NCBI RefSeq assembly: GCF_947568905.1
Contig: NC_079170.1
Coordinates: 23,126,001-23,190,000, forward strand
Direction: 5' to 3'
DNA: 64,000 bases
Source: Ostrea edulis
Lineage: Eukaryota
This document shows, piece after piece, positions 51,878 through 64,000 of this stretch (the stretch's first letter is position 1; each line of letters begins with the position of its first letter). Below the pieces are notes generated by a model. That model was not told the origin of the DNA. It saw only the letters and a list, made by a program, of their open reading frames with translations, and ran no database searches. Made by a program: the position numbers and the translations under genes.

Positions 51878-53894
51878 CTAAAATGAACAACACAACATGT
51901 ACACCAACCTATCTTAATGAAGACAAAACATACACTGTATAAATATAGCAAAAACTGTATGGAAGTTATACAAAATGCACCTATCACTTCCCTGTGAGGT
52001 AGTTTGACTTTTACTTGCACATCTTAATAGTTCTATAAATACACTCATATACAGTTTAATTGCTGAGACAAGTAGAAAAAGAAAATGAATTGCTTTACAC
52101 ATAAATCCAGCTGTTGTGATTTGAATTCAAGACTAGTTCAGGTGTACTTATCAACTGCCATTTTCGGAATAATTTAACGGTAAGTACCGGTAGGTATATA
52201 CTAAAGCAGAGCATATGAATAAACTAACTATTGGTTGTTAACTATTAGTGGCTAATGCATTGAAATGCGATGGAAATACATAAACATCCGACATAACGTC
52301 ACGAAATGTAAACTTGAATCCATAATACTGTTTGTATTCTTTAATTACAAGCTTTAGTAAACAAGTCTCCTTTACAAATTAAATAAGATTAAATGCTGAA
52401 TTGCTGAAACATCCATGTACAGAAACATACTTTCAGAATAGTTTCCCCTTTTCCGTATGTAAAATGGCACAAAACCTGCCACTAGACATGTACATGCAAC
52501 TATCAGTCCTATGACAACTATGTATACTGTTATTTCACTGGTATCATCAACTGGATCAATGCCATCTCTAAGAAAAAAAATGTCAGTTTCAGTTGATTTT
52601 CAATACTACAATGAAAGATGGAGATAACGAGCAGTGACCTATCTCATAACTCAAGAAAGGTGAAGATAACAAAACGCGATCAATCTCATAACTCCTATAA
52701 GCAATACAAAACAGAGAGTTGGGTAAACACGGACCCTTGGATATACCAGGGGTGGGGTCGGGTGCCTATGAGGAGTAAGCCTCCCCTGTCGACCGGTCAC
52801 ATCCGCCGTGTAAATGGCTATGAACGGCATAAAAATCGGTATGAATCACGTCAGACAGCATTGGACCCTATGGTGGGTTATATTGGCAACATAGATCGTG
52901 ATAACAACCATAGAATTTGCGAGATGCAATAAGGAATACAAAACAGAGAGTTGAGCAAACACAGACTCTTGGATATACCAAAGGTGGAATACAATATTTC
53001 CTGTAAGAAGTTTTTTAAACAATCCCAAGTGATAAAGAAATCAATTTTTAAACACGTTTAAATAACACATCGGATTTTCCTCTATGATGAGCTTCATTCT
53101 TACACAACCCTCTCCACAACATAATTTTGAAATAATTTTACATATCACAATACATTTTCATGACAGCCTTCATTGCTTTCATCGCGAGATAATCTTCTCT
53201 AAGAAAAACCTATGATTTATAAACATTAATAATAAACCCACATGTATATTTCATATCAAAGATAACCCTCTCTAAGTTGTTATACTTCCACATACAGTAA
53301 AACATGTTTTGAGCGAACCTCCAAAAAGCAGTAAAAATAACTTTGTCATGATCAAACTTCGTCATATTCTACAAAATTGTCATTATTTCCTCTCATAGAG
53401 GAATAAATATCCCTTTGCTATAAGTGTGAATTCGTTATAACACTGTTTGTTATACAGATACGGATTATTTATTGCCACTCAAGGGCCCTAAAAGGCATAA
53501 TACAAATAGTAAAACATATAGAATTATGCATAATAAAGAGATTTGTACATAAAGCAGAGGTAACAACAGAAGATACCAGGAGACGATGTTTCAGTAACAT
53601 TATATCAGGTAGGTATATTGTAATAATGTGTGTATTTATGTACATAAATGAATTTATATTATCTAAATGCGTATATTTACTATTTTGATTACTGTACATG
53701 TGTATGTATATGTCTATCGTTCCTGGTGGATATTTAGTCTCTTAGTGTGTCCGTGCATCTGCCTTTAACGGATATAAGCATGAACCTTTTAGTCCCAAGG
53801 ACTTACAGCATGGTCTTAAAAAGGTGTATTCATATTATGCTGTCAACAGTTTTAATCATGAACAACACATAAATTAAAGTATAATACTATAATG

Positions 53895-55000
53895 AAAGGT
53901 AGAGATAACGAACAGTGATCACTCTCATAACTCCTATAAGCAATACAAAATATATAGTTGGGGAAACACGGACCCCTGGATACACTAGAGGTGGGATCAG
54001 GTACATAGGATGAGTAAACATCTCCTGTCGACTTGTCACACCCGCTGTGAGCCCTATATCCTGATCAGGTAAATAGAGCTATCCCTAGTCAAAATCGGTG
54101 TGCCAAGAACGACATAACAATCGGTATGAAACATGTCAGACAGTATTTGACCCAATGATAGGTTGTATTGACGAACTATATCGTTATAACGACCATACAA
54201 TTTGCGAACTGCTGACTTCAATCGAGATTGTTGAAACCCCTGTACCATCAACTTGTTTGTCAGTAGCTTGCCTCGATTTAAAAAAAACTGACCATATGCA
54301 GAACAATCTCTTACGTATCGAATCAGTTGAGAGATATAAAAACCATATGCAGGTGATAATGGAATATTCCTACATAGATATGGGAAGCTGACGATGGAGA
54401 AACTGAAATCATTCCGTTTGCCATACAGTTGAGTTGTCAGTTTGCCAATGTCTACTTTCAATAAAATATTTAAGTATGAAGCAGAAGTGGACAACTCTGT
54501 GGTGTCTTTTATTTCGAGCTAACTGGAATATATGGAATCGATATATGAATGAAAGTTCTTATTGTTAATAGAGAAAACGTCTTCGATATATTTCAATGTC
54601 AAATTCAAGTTTGTGAATAAATTCTGCTTCATATGAATATAGAAAAGGGTCAGCTAACAAAGGAGCACAATTCGTGCATATGAGAATTCCAACAGACTGT
54701 TGGAAGACATGATCACCAAAGATCACGGAGATATTGTCAATGAGGAACTTTAGCATATAAGTTTTTTTTATTTCAACATCAGAGTACTTCTGCTTGGAAT
54801 CAGAGATGTGTTTAACAAAGCCATTTTTTGGATTACTGATCACTAGATATGCATATTTCCATTTTCGTTGAAAAAGCAACTGTCTGTGATGTCAAAAAGT
54901 CTAGTCTTTAATCTATCGTGAGGAATGGTTGTGAAAAGTGTTCAAAAGTAATAGGTTTTGATGTAATTGATTTGGAAAAAGCATGCATATCAGTATCAAA
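53895..55000 (-). mobile_element. Longest Naiad-type RT fragment in the window
   Basis: KFLIDNISVIFGDHVFQQSVGILICTNCAPLLADPFLYSYEAEF and SASYLNILLKVD..KLTTQLY.KR.DFSFSIV.FPYLC.NIPLSPAYG.YISQLIRY...HTDC, then 3' end. Confidence 0.85.
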
Positions 55001-56658
55001 ACCTTTTGTTGGAAATCGACCGGTCTCATCCGCCGCGAGCCCTATATGTACACTGTCAAAACCAAAGAAAAAGTCGTATAATTAACAAAATTGCGAGATC
55101 AATAAATAAAATAACTTAGTTTTGTTGTTTTAAGTTTCATTTTAGAATTGATCACTCCTGTAGATATATCGCTAGATTAAGACGATCGTTTTTCACTGTG
55201 CTCATTCCTATGCTGACACTCTAACTCTGTTTAAAGATCATATCCGAAAAACTTACTATATCGAGCGCTTGGCGAAGAAACATCCACTACGTATCCTAAT
55301 AACCTTCCGGAAGAAACATTCACTACTTATGTTAAGAACTCGAAACCCCGAATGCGAGCTACTCAAATGCTAGGTTACTGCGATCGGTATAGACTAAATA
55401 CATCACATAGGACAATGCAAATACTGTTAATTTCAAATACTTAGAAGCATGTCAGTAATCGGGATGGCATACTGAATGGTCCCCAATCCTCCATACTTTT
55501 AAATCGCGTTACACAACAAAAAAGATTTTTTCCTATTTTGCGAACGATAGTGAAATAATATATTGTTATTTCAGTTAACTGCATTTAAATAAGATGGTCT
55601 TGTCAGTCTCTATGATCACGCCATATACCAATAGAAAATATATATTTCTAACATAAAGATTCTAGTATTCATTTTACTTCACTGGGATAACAAGTGGGGC
55701 AAACAAGTAATCAAAACATTTAAATGGTTCATTATTGCTTATACATCCACTTCAGACGAACAGAGAATTTTCAAATATAGCACTAGCCATCCATCCTGAT
55801 GTAATGGTGACAAGGCGATCCAGAAACAGTGCTTCCTGGATTATGCTCAATTTATACAAAATGTAGTGTAGGATTTCTCTCATTACTGACTGAGGCTTTC
55901 TGTTCACATTATTCTAAAATACAGTGCTTGTATCTAAATGCACATTTAAAATGGGTGGCTCTTAACGTTGGGAAATTTTTAACAAAACGCAGAATCATGT
56001 TGCATAACTACTATAGCTAATCGTGTGACCGTGGATGTGTTATTACAGGCCCTCGTTTCGAAGTTACCGATAGATTCGTATTACACACTAGTTATTTGTA
56101 CGAATCTTATTCCTGCTTCCAAACGATGCTTAACAGGTTATGTAATTTTTTTCTGCGATGATTGATCTCTTCATCGCCCGTTAAAACAGCAAAGAAGGAC
56201 ATTGTGATCTTTATATTTATATTTTTTATGTATTTTTTTAAAATATACGCTAGATCTGAGTACTAAGATATATCGTTGACCATTTCTTTACATTAAACTG
56301 AACAGCAAATATACCCTTTGACCTTGGCGACGCTCCATATTTAGTAAAGTTATTACGTAGACATGTGATACTAAAATATGGGATCGAACTAGTTTGCAAT
56401 AAACATGCATTCATTGTGGAGGTTGAAAACAAAGTCAATTACAAAAGAAATATAAGAGAAAAGATTCAGTGATTGAGAAATAGGAGTGTGACATTACTAT
56501 GAGTATGTGCAGTCAAGTATATGAACATGTATATCTATACATTCCAAGTCAACGTCTTTTACAAAAACATCCTTTTGAGTAAAACTCCTGCGTTTATAAA
56601 TCTTTGAGTGCCGATATATTATTGAACCATAATAAAGCTTATAAATAGCAGAACATAC

Positions 56659-56766
56659 ATTTATAAATTTCAGAGGAATTGTAAATTTTTGGACACGTCC
56701 TGCAATTTGTTGAATAACTAGCACAAATACTCTGCAACCATGCAATAAACACGGCACATGTTCTTG
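56659..56766 (-). CDS. Candidate 108-nt Cys-containing exon (phase 1-1)
   Basis: TATCTTTGCAG| RTCAVFIAWLQSICASYSTNCRTCPKIYNSSEIYK |GTATGT; symmetric and open. Confidence 0.45.
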
Positions 56767-57588
56767 CTGCAAAGATAAGATACACAAATATTACAAAGTA
56801 TTCTAATATTCGTTTGTTAAATCGTTATTAGTATGGAATTCGAGAAATAGAAAATATTGATTATAGAAAAAAACAATACAAAAAACACTTGCTGCAAGCC
56901 AAATTAAAAGAAATGATGAAAATATTTTTTTTTGCAATACAGTTGAATACAATATAACGTATGGAATGTAATTTATCCCCATGATCAAAACAATGGGAAC
57001 AAGTGTAGGATTATTCAGGGAGGGGTGAATTACTGTGCTCTAACGAAAGCCTACAGAGGAAAATACCTACCCGACTATTTGCCTAGTATGCCTACAGCAA
57101 CTATAAACAGCCTTTGAAGTTGAGAAGTACGAGTTCTTTCGAGAAGTGGAATGTCGAGCCATACATCGCACAGTCACATGAACAGGTTTGTGATTTATAT
57201 TTTATTTGTAATGACTGTTTACCATTTATTCCCATATAGCCTACATTTTGAAAAATGTTAAAAGCTTGTTACGCAAATTATAAACGTTTACACCACACAT
57301 AGTGGAGCATTCCAAAATACATTTAGTGGTGGTGGTGGTGGTGGGAGGGGTAGATAGTATGTTCTATCGTAAAAATGATAATATCGAAGGGCGTGTCCCG
57401 AGACTCAGTTAGATCATTCTAACTTGGGGGAAGGGCGGATCTATAATTATATCAGCAAGGAAATAGACATGAACATGGTGAGGATAATTTATCATTTAAT
57501 GCAATGTTACATTGTGGTGATAGCACTGTATTATAATATGTTATCACTAAATTGATATAAATGTGTGTTTTAGGAATACAATACCCAC

Positions 57589-57715
57589 CTAATCACAATT
57601 ATATTGGATTTCTGGAAACCAAGAATCATCAAGGAAATAGCTGCAATGACGGTACAGACAGATATGAGAGTTCCTGGAATTGAAGTCAACATCCTACAAC
57701 CCTGTTGTTGTTTGT
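57589..57715 (-). CDS. Candidate transmembrane-segment exon (phase 1-2)
   Basis: TTAACTCTTTAG| DKQQQGCRMLTSIPGTLISVCTVIAAISLMILGFQKSNIIVI |GTGGGT; entry phase fits EGF exon 6. Confidence 0.4.
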
Positions 57716-58139
57716 CTAAAGAGTTAACGTGTACATACAGTGACAGACGCGTGAATCAGTATACTGTAGTGTCATTGAATTTTTGCACAATCCATTATCA
57801 CTACAATAGATACAAGATCGTTACAAACGATTAGAGAATATTCATGAAAATGTGGGGGCTTTTTTATTTTATATAAGTGTATTATAAGTAAAGGATAGAA
57901 TGTTGTCATCTATTTTCTATTAAAACCTAATGTACTGGAAAATTGATTGTTATCAAGTTTCAAATGCAAACTAGTAATACTAGTTTGTCATCAAGCAGGG
58001 TTGTTAGTTTACCGTTAACATTTACATTCAACAAAATATCTAAGTATGAAGTAAACAATTTCTATATGTTCCGTAGATGTTAAGACATATTTGACATTTT
58101 TTAGATTGTACTCAATTTACTTCTAATCATATGTCATAA

Positions 58140-58535
58140 TTATGCACCAATATACCATTATCACCTGCATATGGTGGTTATGTATTCCGATTGATTCGAT
58201 ACGTACGAACATGGTTTGTGTATGGTCAGTTTTTAAATGGAGGCACAGTATAGGCTACTGAAAAACATAAATTAATGTTGCAGGGGTTTCAACAGCCTCG
58301 TTTAAAGTCAGCTTTGTGTTTGTTCTAACAATCGAATTTACAAATACATATACAATTTCATTAGTCGAATGTTGTATGTTGTTTCATGCCAATTGTTAGG
58401 CCGTTCTCTACATACTGATTTTGACTACTGATTACTTCGTTTATCCGATTAAGATATAGTATACTAGGTGGTCGTGACTAGTCAACAGGGGATGCTTACT
58501 CTTAGACACCTGATTCCACCTCTGGTATGTCCAGG
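58140..58535 (+). mobile_element. Naiad-type 3' fragment
   Basis: Degenerate RT tail and 3' end. Confidence 0.65.
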
Positions 58536-59447
58536 AAACAATATATAGAAAGCAAAATTTAAATGTCACATGAAAATTACAAAATATACCTAAAATTAAC
58601 TCTCTAACTCTCTAGATAATGTAACAATAAGGAGTTTTACGGTTAAAATGTCTAAACGCTCACGTCACCACACATACAGGCAAAATGGTGAGTATTAGCC
58701 AAATTCAGCTACAGTATATGAACAAGTATGTACATAATTCTTAAATAAGCAGAAATATACTGCAAATAAACAATAAATGCAAAATATATACTTACCATGA
58801 CCGTGTAACCGTACCCCTGTCATACATAAGTTACAGGTATATATTTGTAAGTATTTCATATATAACTTACTTGAAGTAGTTCACATCGAATATGTGTAAG
58901 GTTATAGCACATAGTAACACATCTACCATCTCACCATTGACGCAGCTCAACCAGGAATAAATACATGTACCAGTCAAAAAAGTTACGCTCGGGCGATTTT
59001 TACAAAAAGTGAGGGGTAAAGTCCAACGATGTGTTCCATTCGGTAAGATGCATGGGCAAAAACGCTTTGTTCGAGTACAACAAGCTATACGAAAGTAAGT
59101 ATGCATAAGCGATTGTTACACAAATTAGTATGTCCATCTATACAAATTCATTTCTGGACAGAAAAGTATTATACCATGCACCGCTTGTAATAATGTGTGT
59201 GTCTTTGTGATTATTTGGTTTTCAGACTGCAGCGGGAAGCAAAGCTGTTTTGCTCTTTGTTGTTGTCTACGTGGTCAAATGAAGTGAAATCAAATAGTTT
59301 TTATTTCCACAAAAGCAAATTTAACATACTTATGAAATTAAGACACTTTATCTACATTATAACTTGTTGTTTTCATTGTCGATGATGCGGTTGGTTTTTT
59401 CTCGTATCACATGCATCCAATGTTTCATACATGTATCACTAACAAAC

Positions 59448-59579
59448 CTTTGGGACAACTTCCATCGATAATGTTGCAGATTGAGCAGGAAGAAGGGCAC
59501 TTCTGTTGACATCCCTTTCCATACAACCCTTCTCCACAGGATACGGAACAATTTGGGCCTATGTATCCTGGGCGGCATG
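59448..59579 (-). CDS. EGF-like exon copy 6
   Basis: TTTGACAG| 132 nt |GTTTGT; CRPGYIGPNCSVSCGEGLYGKGCQQKCPSSCSICNIIDGSCPK (missed by the ORF track). Confidence 0.85.
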
Positions 59580-60287
59580 CTGTCAAAGCAAACATTGAAC
59601 GCTTCTTAACGTGAGAAATATGAATTTAGTGAGAGTCACTCTTTTCATACTTCATTTCGTCTCTTAGGAGATTATAAGGGAAATACAATTACATCAATAT
59701 AATTACAAATACATACAAAGAAGACACACTATGTACACAGTATAGCCAAAATAGAAAAGAAAAGGATATTTCTAGTTGTACACTTCACGAGATGAGTACA
59801 TACAATAGCAGTTATCTCTATCAATGTCAGCAATTGTATCAAATATTTATAGTAATAATTACTGCGGTGAGCATCTGTAGTATAGGGCCGAAGTGTTGTA
59901 CACCAAACTAAGTTCAGTAGACGGAATGATGTAACATTCATCTGCTTTTTTAAAAAAAATGTACATATTTGGCAAACAAGAAGTGAAAGGTACCACTCAT
60001 ATTCCGAGAGCCCATAGAGTTCGGCACACAGTTCGACACTAAAGCTATTAACAATGGTGTTCCATCACTGTTCTCGTATGTTGGCGGTACTCAGACATGT
60101 ACAAGACAAATTAATTACCACATAAATGGATCAAGTGAACAATTCCATTTACATGCATACCTGCGTCTATACCGCATATGAATTTGCTAAGTTTAATGTT
60201 AGCTGAATTCCACAGATTTTATAGGTATATTTGTCTAAATAAATGGAAATCCGGACTGTTCATCCTCGGTTGTCGCTCGTCTTGCTG

Positions 60288-60322
60288 ATGTAAAACTTAT
60301 ATGGTACCAATTTTGATGCACC
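60288..60322 (-). mobile_element. 35-bp 3'-terminal fragment of the hammerhead-bearing repeat
   Basis: Reverse complement GGTGCATCAAAATTGGTACCATATAAGTTTTACAT. Confidence 0.75.
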
Positions 60323-61423
60323 CAATACAATGATACGGTTTTCTGGTTATTCTTTTCCAAGATAGCTTATCGGGGAAGAATCCGTTGTCCAATCATGTAC
60401 TTAAATAATTGGAAAGATTGTATGTTCGTAAGGTTTTAATAACATATGCAATAAAACCATATTGTACCTCTGAGATTTTGCCAGTAAGAAAATAATTGGA
60501 TCAAGAATATTGTCTTTGGTAGAGTGTTTATTTCCATTCGACAGAGCCTTCCTAGAAACAGTAGTTGTTTTTTTTTCTTAAATATATTTCTGCGCTGATG
60601 GGTGATACATGAAAAAAGGGATTCACATATATCGGACCTGCATAATTTTGGTAAATTCAGATTTTTTTTTTTTTGCAAACAAAATGTTGAAAAATGCAAA
60701 GTTTTTGTCGGTATGAAGAGGACTTATTATTTCAGAGTTCACTCCCATAAAGTACTGTATAACGATTGTTTTATATGGATGAGATATAGTCATTGGGTTG
60801 AGAAAATGGGATACTATATCAGATAGAGCAAAAAAGAATTGTCTCCCCTTCTGGCAGGCTCTGCCTATTCTTTGAGAAAGTTTGAATTTTCTGTGGATCA
60901 CGATACTTCAGTGGTTATATGATTCTTCAAATAGAATTAATGCTTGGCCCATATGTCAAAGAAAGTTGTTATCAAGTTTACCTCTCTTACCACGGACTTT
61001 CATTACGCACAATTTTAATACATTAAAGGAAAATCGCCTCTTATTCGAATATGCGTATGTAATATCTAACATGATATAGCATCTGCCAATAAGAGACAGT
61101 TGCTCATAACATTAAGTACGCCTGTATTAGGGCTTCTTTGCTCTAATTCATCAATAAGATCGTTAATATAAACAATAGATAATTATGTAGACAAAACACC
61201 AACTTCTCTTACACCTTGATCAAGAAAAAACCATCTAGATTGAGTAGGATTTATAATAATAGAGCTATATGTTCCTTGATGACAGTTATTAATCAGTGAC
61301 CAGGTTTTACCTTCTTACTTCAAGTTTGTATAGCTTTAACATGAGGTCATCCCACCAAACAGTATCAAAAGCCTTACTGCTATCCAAAAGCTTACATAGA
61401 TATTGTCACCTTGTTCTATGCAA

Positions 61424-62220
61424 GGTGAAGATAACGAACAGTGATCAATCTCATAACTCCTACAAGCAATACAAAATAGATAGTTGGGCAAACACGGACC
61501 CCTGGACACACCAGAGGTGGGATCAGGTGCCTAGGAGGATTAAGCATCCCCTGTTGACCGGTCACACCCGCCGTGAGCCCCATATCCTGACCAGGTAAAC
61601 GGAGTTATCAGCAGTCAAAATCAGTGTGCCAGGAACGGCTTAACAATCGGTATGAAACACGTCAGACAGCATTTGACGCAATTCGAGGTTGTATTGACAA
61701 ACTAGATCGTTATAACGACCACAGAATTTGCGAAATGCTGACTTCAATCGAGACTGTTGAAATCCCTGCACCATCAACTTGTTTGTCAGTAGCTTACCTC
61801 GATTTAAAAACTGACTATACCCAGAACAAGCTCTTGCATATCGAATCAGTTGAGATATATAAACACCATATGCAGGTGATAATGGAATATTGCTACATAA
61901 ATGTGGGAAGTTGACGATGAAGAAGCTTAAATCATCCCGTTTGTCATACAGTTGAGTTGTTAGTTTGCCGTTAATGTCTACTTTCAATAAAATATCTAAA
62001 TATGAAGCAGAACTGGACGACTCTGCGGTGTCCTTTATTTCGAGCTCACAGGGATATATCAAATCGACGTATGAATGAAAGCTATCATTCTTAATAGACA
62101 AAACGTCATCGATATATCTAAAAGTCGAATTGAAGGTCACAGCGAGAGATTTTTTCTTCTCACGTAGAAGTTTTTGAATAAATTCTGCTTCATATGAATA
62201 TAAAAACAGGTCAGCTGTTT
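61424..62220 (-). mobile_element. Young 5'-truncated Naiad-type Penelope-like element
   Basis: Open 166-aa RT C-terminus (FRYIDDVLSI...YISQLIRYARACS...HTDC*) at 61640-62140; RT is the last domain; TGCAA on both flanks. Confidence 0.85.
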
Positions 62221-64000
62221 TGCAAAATTGCCTCTTGTAAATTGAATGATACAGTTAAACAACCGAGATATTTTTTGAAAACCTTGTTGAGCATATAGCA
62301 AATGTTTTGATACCAAAGTTAAATCTCAGATACTGGAGGGAATTATTCTCCAAAATATCTTTTTAAAAGTAGGGTGAAGAGATATGTTTATTACTGTTAA
62401 ATGCGGCTGTCGATTTGTCACCACCTTTGTATTTTGGAAATAGTAAGCCTCCTTTCAATTCATGGTAGATGTTACCGCAGGTTATGACTGCATTGAACAT
62501 TTTCAGAAGACAGAGACTAAGAATTTTACCTCCGTGAATAATATGTTCATTTGTTTGTGAATCATGACCAGGCGCTTTCCGTAACTATTAATCCATTTAT
62601 GATTGGTGCGAGTTCTTCCAATTTCATTTTACCACCCTGTAAGTCACCAACATCAACCTTACATTCCTTTATTATAATGCTATTATTGTATATTCTCAGC
62701 TTCGTATTTAAAGTTAAAATCAAAATATTTTTCTTCTAAGGGAATGTAATTTCTTTCAAAATAAGAAGCGAAGACTTTCGCTACACTGTTTGATCATTGT
62801 GAATCTGACTATTGCCGACTTCTATTTTGGGGTAAATTTTCCATGCGTTTGGCTAATGTTCAAAATAGACGTATGTCACATTCTGTTGCATTGTCGAGGT
62901 CACGGTATACCTTACACATGTGTTTTTCATGTTCTTCATTCAGAGCATTACGAAACAGTCCCTTTGTTTTTCTATAATCTCAATATGATCTAAAGTTCAT
63001 ACCGCGAGGACATCCTTCAAATATTCATACACGACGTTTAGAACGTTCAATTGTATGACGTTTCTTAACGACTTTTGTCCATTCAAGACGAGTGAAAGGA
63101 TTGAATGACGTAAATGGGATTGATTCCCTTGCACATATGTGGAGAGTATTCGAAATGATATAGATATACTCAACCAGGCCGTTTTCATCATCTATGTTAG
63201 ATTCTAACAAGTGCTCTAGGGCGTTATCGACTTTCTGTCTGTATTCTACGGCGGCTTCGGGTGCAGCATTGTACCACGCCGGTAATCCTGATTGGGTGTA
63301 CATAAGATTGTGTGTAGATATATTGAATTCGACCGTTTCAATGGCAGGTAAAATGTCAGAAGTTGTAGATAAAATGCCTTTCGGATACCTATATAGCTTT
63401 GCAGATTTTTCAAGACATAATTGTCAAAAACATCATTTACTGTTGTATTTTTTTAACAAAAGAAACATATCACCTTCTAAGTCAGTGTTCTGAATGCATA
63501 AATGTGCTTGGAAACAAATTTAGCAATACGTTTGATTTAAATGTGTTTCTGTTGCAGAAATCAACAATATTGCCATTCATGTCGCCTGTAATAATAACTT
63601 TACCATAATCCGAGTAAGAATTGTACAAGCTATCAGAAATACTAAGAACATGCTAATATGCCTCAATATCGTGGTTTGGTGGTGGGTAAACACCAAAAAT
63701 ATACATAACACAACCTTTTCGATCTTGAAGTTGAATACTTAATACCACATTGGTTTCAGAACATGAAATTGTTTTCCAAAAAAAAAAAAAAAAACTTTTA
63801 AAACAGTATTGCAATACCTCCTTTACATACAAATTTGAATATGATGCGAAGCGTTTTCATCAACTTTGGTAACCTTTATATACAGATTGCAATGGATGTT
63901 TTTGGCATTTTCTCTAAGGTTTTCCTCAGAGATCATTACAATGCCACATTTTGCTTTATCTAACAGTGAGGATAAGCATAATGTGGATGAAATAATTCCA

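Larger units (their letters stand above)
50336..52310. repeat. Old tandem duplication of a ~1-kb unit
   Basis: 50336-51309 aligns by eye with 51310-52310. Confidence 0.85.
59990..63650 (-). mobile_element. Decayed CR1/L2-group LINE (APE endonuclease + RT), split by a Naiad insertion
   Basis: In order on -: GDMNG (63572-63586), KAPGHD, LDSSKAFDTVW, QGVREVGVLS, YINDL, LYGSEL, LPKLCRSDICESL; many stops and frameshifts. Confidence 0.8.

Noticed and set aside
58796-59106. Signal-peptide or micro-exon candidates downstream of EGF exon 6
   Set aside because: Several mutually incompatible donors and acceptors, including a 54-nt intron; none can be preferred.
61640-62140. Host gene or telomerase-like RT
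   Set aside because: 5'-truncated, one of about 20 dispersed copies, and inserted into a LINE.
1-64000. Prokaryotic or viral operon-type system
   Set aside because: Low coding density, spliceosomal introns, microsatellites and metazoan transposons throughout.

Overview
AT-rich, repeat-dense eukaryotic DNA, most likely a bivalve (oyster-like); this is inferred from the repeat families, not from a database search. There is no prokaryotic gene organisation, no CRISPR array and no true tRNA/rRNA gene. Most ORF-track entries are chance ORFs or transposon debris. Main contents: (1) a ~355-bp repeat carrying a minimal type I hammerhead ribozyme, as a tandem dimer at 41891-42610, four solo copies and a short fragment, resembling a non-LTR retrozyme; (2) six paralogous phase 1-1 EGF-like exons (MEGF10/SCARF-like 8-Cys module; five are 132 nt, one is broken), five on - and one on +, plus weaker candidate exons of a minus-strand gene at 49-58 kb; (3) an old tandem segmental duplication (~7.7-28 kb vs ~30.5-40.6 kb) whose copies supply empty sites for many insertions; (4) layered transposon fossils: an intron-containing piggyBac inside a Harbinger, an Academ-like element with MITEs, Mutator-, Kolobok- and Tc1/mariner-type MITEs, about 20 Naiad-type Penelope-like fragments, a CR1/L2-type LINE and SINEs.
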